Below are positions 8,965 to 15,319 of a stretch of DNA of 64,000 bases, in pieces. The stretch is from Actinomycetes bacterium (lineage in GTDB: Bacteria; Actinomycetota; Acidimicrobiia; IMCC26256; PALSA-610). Numbering within the stretch: position 1 is the stretch's first letter; each line of letters starts with the position of its first letter. The stretch spans positions 7,629 to 71,628 of the forward strand of contig JAODBJ010000238.1 of NCBI GenBank assembly GCA_025463905.1, given 5' to 3'. Both the position numbers and the translations under genes were made by a program. The notes beneath the pieces were generated by a model that saw only the letters and a program-made list of their open reading frames with translations, searched no databases and was not told the origin of the DNA.

Positions 8965-9865
8965 CTGCGATCCCGGTCTCGATCTTCTTGAACAGGATGT
9001 AGCCGCCGAAGAAGTAGATAGCGGTAGAGATGGCGCCGATGCCGACAAGTCCCCACCGCGGTTGTTGATCGAACAGGATGCAGCGGCGCAGCCCGTCGAT
9101 GATCGGCACCATCGGGTTGATGAACGAGATCGCGCCCCACCAGCTGTGCGGGATCTTGAACTTCGGGTCGTTGAGCGCGAAGCCCACCGGCGTCACGAAC
9201 AGGCCGAACTGCACCACCATCGGCTCGATGCGGCGCAGGTCGCGGAAGTACACGACGAGCACCGACAGCATGATCGACACGCCGATCGTCAAGAAGATCA
9301 TCATCACGATGAGGATCGGCGCCCACACGATCGTGCCAGACGGCATGACGCGGAAGATCGCGAAGAGGATCACGAGCACCGCGGACTGGATGATCGTCGT
9401 GATGCCCGTTGCCGCAACGGACGAGATCGGAAACACCTCACGCGGGCAATGGACCTTGTTGAGCAAGGTCATGTTCCCGATGAGCGCACCGACGCCGGCG
9501 TCGCAGTTGTTCGAGAAGAAGTTCCACGCGAGCACACCCACGTAGGTGAAGAGCGCCGCGTTCGCCCCGAACGTGTTGGCCTTCCCCACCTTGTGGAACA
9601 GGAACAGCAGCACAACCATCGACAGCAGCGGCTGGATCACCGCCCAGCCGACGCCCAGCGCCTCCTGTTTGTAGCTGGAGATGAAGCTGCGCATCGTGAG
9701 CGACCAGATGAGTTCGCCCGAATGCATCAGCTCGCGCAGCGAGCGCCACAACTTGAACCGGTGGTGGTACCTGAGCTCGCGCGCAGGCGTGGCCGGCACG
9801 GCCGCAGCGTCGTAACGGTGCATCGCGAGCGGGCGGCCGAGGTTGTCGACGGCCTGCTCGGGCAT
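8954..9865 (-). CDS. ABC-2 type polysaccharide exporter permease (Wzm/TagG-like)
   Basis: ORF 8954-10231. ATG 9865 was chosen so as not to overlap the divergent GT4 gene. There are six predicted hydrophobic spans, and the ABC-2 style sequence ELIWSLTMRSFISSYKQEALGVGWAVIQPLL sits directly upstream of the ATPase. Confidence 0.85.
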   Translation of the reverse strand: MPEQAVDNLGRPLAMHRYDAAAVPATPARELRYHHRFKLWRSLRELMHSGELIWSLTMRSFISSYKQEALGVGWAVIQPLLSMVVLLFLFHKVGKANTFGANAALFTYVGVLAWNFFSNNCDAGVGALIGNMTLLNKVHCPREVFPISSVAATGITTIIQSAVLVILFAIFRVMPSGTIVWAPILIVMMIFLTIGVSIMLSVLVVYFRDLRRIEPMVVQFGLFVTPVGFALNDPKFKIPHSWWGAISFINPMVPIIDGLRRCILFDQQPRWGLVGIGAISTAIYFFGGYILFKKIETGIADVA

Positions 9866-9953
9866 CCGAGCACCGAACTCCTCGATCACCGTGTCCCCTC
9901 CGCATACGGTGGGCCCGCCCACCGAGAGCCGCCAGTCCACCACGTCGAGCGTG

Positions 9954-11006
9954 ATGAGGCCAAAGATCCTACAAGTCATCGCCTCGACCGACCGCCGAGG
10001 CGCCGAAGTGTTCGCGTGTGATCTTGGCGCGGCGCTCAGTGCGCGCGGACGCGTGGTCCAGACGGTCGCTGTCAGCCGGGGGTTCAGCCCCGGCGGACTT
10101 CCGGTCGAGCCACTCGGTACCGGCGCGTTGAACGCCGCGCGCCGGCTCCGGGCGCTTCGAAAGCCGGGCGAAATCCTCGTCGCCCACGGCTCCACCGCGG
10201 TGCCCACCTGCGCCCTGGCCGCGATCGGCAAACGCGGGTTCGTCTACCGCAACATCGGCGACCCGGGCTACTGGGCGGCCAGCCCGGCTCGCCGGTTGCG
10301 GCTCGCCGCGTATCTGCATTCCGCGCAACGCGTCGTGGTGTTGTGGCCCGGCGCGGCCGAGGTACTCGTCCGATTGCATCACGTTGCCGCGTCGCGAATC
10401 CGGCCGATCCCCAATGGTGTTCCCGCAGAACGTTTTCCCGCCGTTCACCCTTCCGAACGATCGGCCGCCCGTTCCGCGCTCGGTCTCCCGGCCGCCGTGC
10501 CGATCGTGGCCTACGTCGGCGCGCTGAGCCCCGAGAAGGATCCGGCCGCCGCGGTACGTGCGGTCGCCCGCCATCCCGAGTTGGTGCTCGCGGTGAGCGG
10601 CAACGGGCCGCAGCGAGCCGCGGTGGAGCAACTCGCGGCGAACGTCGCGCCGGGTCGCGTCCACTTCCTCGGCGTCACCGACACGCCCCAGACCGTGCTC
10701 GCCGCGGCGGATGCGCTCGTGATCCCGAGCCGCACCGAAGGGATGCCGGCGGTCGCGATCGAGGCCGCGTTCACCGGGATCCCCGTTGTCGCCACCGACG
10801 TCGGCGCCCTGCGCGAGGTGGTCGTCGACGGTGAGACCGGCCGGATCGTGGCGCGAGACAGCGACGGCGCGCTCGACGAAGCGCTCCGCGACGTGCTGGC
10901 CGATGGCGTCCGCATGGGCGAACGCGGGCGTGCCCATTGCTTGGCCCGTTTCGAGATCGGGATCGTCGGCGCGGCCTGGGACGAACTGCTCGACGAAGTT
11001 CGCTGA
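9954..11006 (+). CDS. Glycosyltransferase family 4
   Basis: ORF 9843-11006 with internal ATG 9954 giving MRPKILQVIASTDRRGAEVF. Motifs: VAYVGALSPEKDP and the EX7E motif PSRTEGMPAVAIEAAFTGIPVVATDVG. Confidence 0.85.
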   Translation: MRPKILQVIASTDRRGAEVFACDLGAALSARGRVVQTVAVSRGFSPGGLPVEPLGTGALNAARRLRALRKPGEILVAHGSTAVPTCALAAIGKRGFVYRNIGDPGYWAASPARRLRLAAYLHSAQRVVVLWPGAAEVLVRLHHVAASRIRPIPNGVPAERFPAVHPSERSAARSALGLPAAVPIVAYVGALSPEKDPAAAVRAVARHPELVLAVSGNGPQRAAVEQLAANVAPGRVHFLGVTDTPQTVLAAADALVIPSRTEGMPAVAIEAAFTGIPVVATDVGALREVVVDGETGRIVARDSDGALDEALRDVLADGVRMGERGRAHCLARFEIGIVGAAWDELLDEVR

Positions 11007-11009
11007 TCG

Positions 11010-11921
11010 CTACCTCGACCGCACGCCCAGCCGGTCGAGGAAGCGCAACGCGGCGCGCCGCACCTGGCGGACGCGGATCCGCCTTCGCACGTGCACCGGG
11101 TCGAGTCGCCACGCGGCTCGCGCTTCGATGAGGGCGACGGTTGCGGGCGCGAGCGGCGGGAGCGCCGGCGCGACGAACGGATTGGATGCGCCGTGCACCT
11201 CCTGAGCGGCGTGGTACAGCGAGAGTTGCTCGGCGTTCAGCGCGCCGGCGAGCGCGTCGGGGGTGTGCTGATGATGGCGTTGCCCCCGCTCGAGTGAGGC
11301 CACTGCGCTCGCGACGCTTCCGTCCGGGGTGAATGGCACGCCCAACTCGACGAGCGCGCGAGCCAGCCGGGCGACTTCGGTGGCGGGATCGGCCATGAGT
11401 TCGTCGTAGTGCACGGCAACCACCGGCAGCCCCTCCGCGTTCCTGAGCGCGGCCCGGGTGTAGATCTCCCACAACGCCACGCCGTGGTCGCGTTCGAAGT
11501 GGTCGCGTTTGGTGAGCGACGCCGCCACCTCGAGCGGGTGGCGGAACGTAAGCACGATTACCGGCTCGCGCGGTAACAACGGGCGCCAGAACGGCAGCGT
11601 CAGGCACAGCCGCGGGTCCTTCCAGGCCCACGCGCCCGCGTTCCCGCCGTCGAACGCGGCATGCAGCGCGGAGGACGCATCGTCCGCCAGCTCCGCGACA
11701 CGCGGCTCCCGGAGCCAGTCGTCGCCGAGCGGCGGGATGGCCCAGCGGCGACCGGCGCGCCGTAACACCCGCTCGTTCACCTCTTGGAGCGGGGCGTTCT
11801 CCCATTCGACCTGGAGCTGATCACGCTCCCCCAGCGGTACCCCCAGCAGGTCGATGACGTGCGCAACCGCCGAGGTGCCACTGCGATGCATCCCGAGGAC
11901 GATGACCGGCGTTCTCTCCAC
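11010..11921 (-). CDS. Sulfotransferase family protein ST5 (paralog of ST1)
   Basis: GTG start at 11921. Motifs: VIVLGMHRSGTSAVAHVI (5'-PSB-like), WAWKDPRLCLTLPFW and VLTFRHPLEVAASLT. Colinear similarity to the 1-534 protein. Its stop lies 3 bp from the convergent GT4 stop. Confidence 0.8.
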   Translation of the reverse strand: MERTPVIVLGMHRSGTSAVAHVIDLLGVPLGERDQLQVEWENAPLQEVNERVLRRAGRRWAIPPLGDDWLREPRVAELADDASSALHAAFDGGNAGAWAWKDPRLCLTLPFWRPLLPREPVIVLTFRHPLEVAASLTKRDHFERDHGVALWEIYTRAALRNAEGLPVVAVHYDELMADPATEVARLARALVELGVPFTPDGSVASAVASLERGQRHHQHTPDALAGALNAEQLSLYHAAQEVHGASNPFVAPALPPLAPATVALIEARAAWRLDPVHVRRRIRVRQVRRAALRFLDRLGVRSR

Positions 11922-11984
11922 CTGCGCTCTTCGCTGCCACGCGACAATTGACGGGGCATCCTCTCATGTCCCTCACACCTTCAT

Positions 11985-12008
11985 CGCGGTGTAGTTCGCG
12001 GTGTAGTT
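11985..12008. repeat. Perfect tandem 12-bp direct repeat (cgcggtgtagtt x2) in the divergent intergenic region upstream of the Wzz/BY-kinase operon
   Basis: Read directly: cgcggtgtagtt at 11985-11996 and again at 11997-12008. It lies 56 bp upstream of ATG 12064. Confidence 0.9.
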
Positions 12009-12030
12009 GACCGACCACCGTCGGTATACT
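12007..12030 (+). promoter_or_regulatory. Candidate promoter elements for the 12064-17875 operon
   Basis: -10-like TATACT at 12025-12030, 34 nt before the ATG, and an SD-like GGGGGA at 12050-12056. TTGACC at 12007-12012 is only 12 nt upstream of the -10, so it is not a canonical -35. No TSS data are available. Confidence 0.25.
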
Positions 12031-12063
12031 CTTGCTGGTCCGTGGCGGGCGGGGGAACAAAAA

Positions 12064-13929
12064 ATGGATCTTCACGAGTATCCGCGCATGCTGCGGCGGC
12101 GATGGTTCGTCATCGTCGCGGTCACTGCGATCGGGCTCGCCTTGGCGTGGGTCACACTGCCAAGTTCGTCGGCTGAGAAACAAGCCGCGAAGCGCGACGT
12201 CTCGTTCAAGTCAACGGTCGTGTTGGTCGCGCCGGAAGGTACGAAGCCCGACCTTCAGTTGGCCGCGCTGTACGCAACCCGCGGGCCGGTGCCCAACGGC
12301 GTCGCGCAGTCGCTCGGCGTCAAGGTCGGCAGCGGCGCCGGCGCGGCGGGCGCGGCGAACGCGGCGAACGCGGCGACCAGCAAGAAGGGCGGCGCGACCA
12401 CCGGCGCGCAGCAGACCGTCCAGATCGGCTCCACGAACGTGGTCGCGCGACCCGACACCGGGTCCGGTTCGTTGAACATCATTGCGAGTGACAAGGACAA
12501 GCTCAAGGCGCCGAAGGTGGCCGGCGCAATCGCGGCCGGCCTCGTCACCAAAGAAAAGAACGACGCGGACGCGAGGCATCAAACAAAGGAAGCGGTGCTG
12601 CGCCTGGCGTCCGACCAGACGCAGGTGGCCCTGAACTACGCCAGCCTCGCGGCGAACGCCACTCCGGCGGCCAAGGCCGACCGGAGCCTGCAATCCGCCC
12701 TCGCCCAGGCGCAGAAGAACCACACGGACGCGCAAGACAAGCTCACCACGTTCCAGAACAATGGCCCCGCGGCGCCTCCCCTCGGCGTGTTGTCGCCCGC
12801 CAACACCCAACGCTTCGTCAAGAAGTCGAATGGTCTGTCGGCGCCGACGAGCCGTGGGACGCGTCTCATCCTCGGCGGCGGGCTCGGCCTTCTGCTCGGG
12901 CTCGGCCTTGCGCTCATCCTCGAGCGTCTCGACTCCCACGTGCGCAATGCGCCGACGGCCGAGAAGCTGTCGCAGTTGCCGGTGATCGCCGAGATCCCCC
13001 ACGTGCGGGTGCGGAAGCACAACCGCGCCGAGATCCTCAGCATGGTGGCACCAAAATCGCAGTACGCGGAGGCCTATCGCGGGCTGCGTACATCGATCTC
13101 GCTCATGTCGATGGCGCACGCCAGCGGAACGTTGGCGGTGCACCCCAACGGCGACGACTCGCTGGTCGTCACCACCGAACCCCAGGTGATCCTGGTCACG
13201 TCGCCCGGAGCGAACGAGGGCAAGACCACCACATCGGCCAACCTGGCCACCACGTATGCCGGGATGGGCGCGTCGGTGATCGTGGTCGACCTCGACTTCC
13301 GCCGTCAGAAACTCTTCCGCATGCTCGGTGCCCAACCGGGCCCGCACCTCACCAACGAGGGTGAGCTCGGCGGGGAGTTGCGCGTCGACCTGTCTTCGGT
13401 GATCCAGCCGTCGAACGTTCCCGGCGTGCGGTTCGTGCCGAGCGCGCCGCGCGATGCGCTGCCTGAGCACGCATTGCGCCTCGCACGCGCCGCCATCTCC
13501 GCCGCGCGCAAGTCCGCCGATGTCGTGATCCTCGACGGCCCGCCGCTCCTGCTCACCAACGACGTGCGTGAACTCGTGCCCTACGTCGACGCCGTCGTCC
13601 TCCTCGCCCGCGAAGGGCGCACGCAGCGACGCGCGCTCGGGCGGGCATCGCAACTGCTGCGCCGCATCGACGCGCCGGTCGTCGGGCTCGCGTTCATCGG
13701 GTCGCACGGCAGCCGTCGGGAATACGGGTACGGCGACGACTACGGATATGGCTACGGGTACGGCTACCGCCAACCCCGTCAACCTCGCAAGGCGCGCAAG
13801 GGCGCGAAGGCGGCCGCCGCGCCTCCGACGATCGAAGACACGGTCATCTCGCTCGAGGACCCGCCGGATCTGGATCTGGGTAGCGATGAGCGCCGGGCAG
13901 GCCGGCTGCGGGCGTGGCCGCGGCGGTGA
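12064..13929 (+). CDS. Polysaccharide co-polymerase (Wzz domain) fused to BY-type tyrosine autokinase
   Basis: ATG 12064 is preceded by GGGGGAAC. It has an N-terminal Wzz-like MDLHEYPRMLRRRWFVIVAVTAIGLALAW (TM1), a long extracytoplasmic coiled region and TM2 LILGGGLGLLLGLGLALIL. The kinase part has Walker A SPGANEGKTTTSANLA, A' VIVVDLDFRR and Walker B VVILDGPPLL. A Tyr cluster YGYGDDYGYGYGYGY lies at 13723-13767, followed by a ~50-aa tail. Confidence 0.9.
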   Translation: MDLHEYPRMLRRRWFVIVAVTAIGLALAWVTLPSSSAEKQAAKRDVSFKSTVVLVAPEGTKPDLQLAALYATRGPVPNGVAQSLGVKVGSGAGAAGAANAANAATSKKGGATTGAQQTVQIGSTNVVARPDTGSGSLNIIASDKDKLKAPKVAGAIAAGLVTKEKNDADARHQTKEAVLRLASDQTQVALNYASLAANATPAAKADRSLQSALAQAQKNHTDAQDKLTTFQNNGPAAPPLGVLSPANTQRFVKKSNGLSAPTSRGTRLILGGGLGLLLGLGLALILERLDSHVRNAPTAEKLSQLPVIAEIPHVRVRKHNRAEILSMVAPKSQYAEAYRGLRTSISLMSMAHASGTLAVHPNGDDSLVVTTEPQVILVTSPGANEGKTTTSANLATTYAGMGASVIVVDLDFRRQKLFRMLGAQPGPHLTNEGELGGELRVDLSSVIQPSNVPGVRFVPSAPRDALPEHALRLARAAISAARKSADVVILDGPPLLLTNDVRELVPYVDAVVLLAREGRTQRRALGRASQLLRRIDAPVVGLAFIGSHGSRREYGYGDDYGYGYGYGYRQPRQPRKARKGAKAAAAPPTIEDTVISLEDPPDLDLGSDERRAGRLRAWPRR

Positions 13930-14219
13930 ACGCGCCGGGCCTGAGCCCGTCGGCGCGGTTGGGCCGAGGCGAGGTCGTCACGCGCCGCACGCATGACGCG
14001 GTGTTGCTGCTCCCGATTGCATCGCCCTCCGACGAACCCGTCGTGCTCACGGGCAGTGCCATCGCCGCGTGGGACACGTTCGAAGTGCCGCACACCGTCG
14101 ACGAGGTCGTCGCGACACTCGGGCACCGCTTCGATGCCGGGACGGAAACGATCCGCACCGCAGTCGCTCCCCTCGTTGCGAAGCTCGTCGACGCCGGCGC
14201 GCTCGTGGAGCGACCGTGA
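13926..14219 (+). CDS. PqqD-family protein (RiPP recognition element-like) no. 1
   Basis: ORF 13914-14219. GTG 13926 gives a GTGA overlap with the BY-kinase stop. ~97 aa with the PqqD-like pattern VLLLPI...VVLTGSAIAAWDTFEVPHTVDEVVATLGHRFD...IRTAVAPLVAKLVDAGALV. Confidence 0.7.
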   Translation: MNAPGLSPSARLGRGEVVTRRTHDAVLLLPIASPSDEPVVLTGSAIAAWDTFEVPHTVDEVVATLGHRFDAGTETIRTAVAPLVAKLVDAGALVERP

Positions 14220-15319
14220 GCTCGCCGCGCGTCCTCGCGTTGCGAGTCGCGTCGTTCGGGCTTCCGGGCGCGCCACCGATGATCAACGACATCCCGCTCG
14301 GCGAGAACGAATGGGGCCCGCTGCGGGACGAAGTCGCCCGCACGCGCATCACCGGTCACTTCGTGGCTGCGCTCGAAGCAGGTGCCTTCGCCTCGACCGA
14401 CGCGCAACGCGCCGAGGCGATGCGTAGCCATGAACGCGCGCTCGCGCTCGATCTCGTGCTCGAACGGCTGCTGGTGCACGCCGGGCGGCGCTTCGACGCA
14501 GCTGCGATCGAGTACCGCGCGTTGAAAGGCACCGCGCTGTCGCACACGGTGTACTCGCGCCCCGAGCTACGCAGCTACGGCGACATCGACCTCTTGGTGC
14601 GCGGCAAGCAATACGACGACGCGCTGGCGCTCTTGGTCGAAGCAGGCGGCCGCCCACACTTCGGCGAACCGCGTCCCGGGTTCACGCGTCTGTTCGGCAA
14701 GGGGGTTTGCGTCGCGATGAACGCGCTCGAGATCGACGTGCACCGTTCGTTTGTGGCGGGGCCGTTCGGTCTCTCGATCGACACCGACGATTTGTTCGCG
14801 AACCCGATCGCGGTGCCGCTCGCAGGCACCGAGGTGCCCGCGCTGCCGGCGGTGCCCCGCTTCCTGCATGCCTGCTACCACGCAGCACTCGGCGACCGAG
14901 TCGCCCGACCCGTCGCGCTACGAGACGTTGCGCAGATCCTCACCACCACGCACCTCGAGCATGATGAAGTGATGGCGACCGCTCGGCGTTGGCGCGGGGA
15001 GATCGTGGTGCAACGGGCCGTCCTCCTCGCGTGGCTCGGGCTCGGCCTCACCGCCGAGAACCCGCTTCTGCGCGCGGTGCTCGCCGCGCACCCCAAGGGT
15101 TCCGAGCGCCGCGCCCTGCAGGCATACGTCGGCACCGGGCACTCCTACGCCACCCAGGCTGCGGCCGGGATCTGGGCACTCCCAGGCGTGCGCGCCCGCG
15201 CCGCCTACGCGTCCGCGCTGCTCCTTCCGAACCGCGAGTACGCCCGCGAGCGCGACGGGTACCTCGCCCGTTGGCGCCGTGCCGGGGCACTCGTGCGCGA
15301 CGGCCGGCCGGTTCGATGA
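14216..15319 (+). CDS. Nucleotidyltransferase family protein (PF14907 / NTP_transf_5-like)
   Basis: ORF 14069-15319 with an in-frame GTG 14216 (GTGA overlap with the PqqD stop). It has the pol-beta-type NTase signature YGDIDLLVRGKQYDDALALL (from 14576), the downstream EIDVHRSF, and a helical C-terminal region typical of this uncharacterised NTase family. Confidence 0.7.
   Translation: MSSPRVLALRVASFGLPGAPPMINDIPLGENEWGPLRDEVARTRITGHFVAALEAGAFASTDAQRAEAMRSHERALALDLVLERLLVHAGRRFDAAAIEYRALKGTALSHTVYSRPELRSYGDIDLLVRGKQYDDALALLVEAGGRPHFGEPRPGFTRLFGKGVCVAMNALEIDVHRSFVAGPFGLSIDTDDLFANPIAVPLAGTEVPALPAVPRFLHACYHAALGDRVARPVALRDVAQILTTTHLEHDEVMATARRWRGEIVVQRAVLLAWLGLGLTAENPLLRAVLAAHPKGSERRALQAYVGTGHSYATQAAAGIWALPGVRARAAYASALLLPNREYARERDGYLARWRRAGALVRDGRPVR

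Noticed and set aside
13717-13775. Short tandem DNA repeats (tac-ggN units). Similarly, gcggcgaac repeats at ~12350-12376, and GGC/AGC-rich repeats inside 17878-18498. Considered as a possible microsatellite or CRISPR-like array.
   Set aside because: They are in frame and encode, respectively, the BY-kinase tyrosine cluster, an Ala/Asn low-complexity linker, and the S/T/G-rich region. There is no repeat-spacer architecture anywhere in the window.
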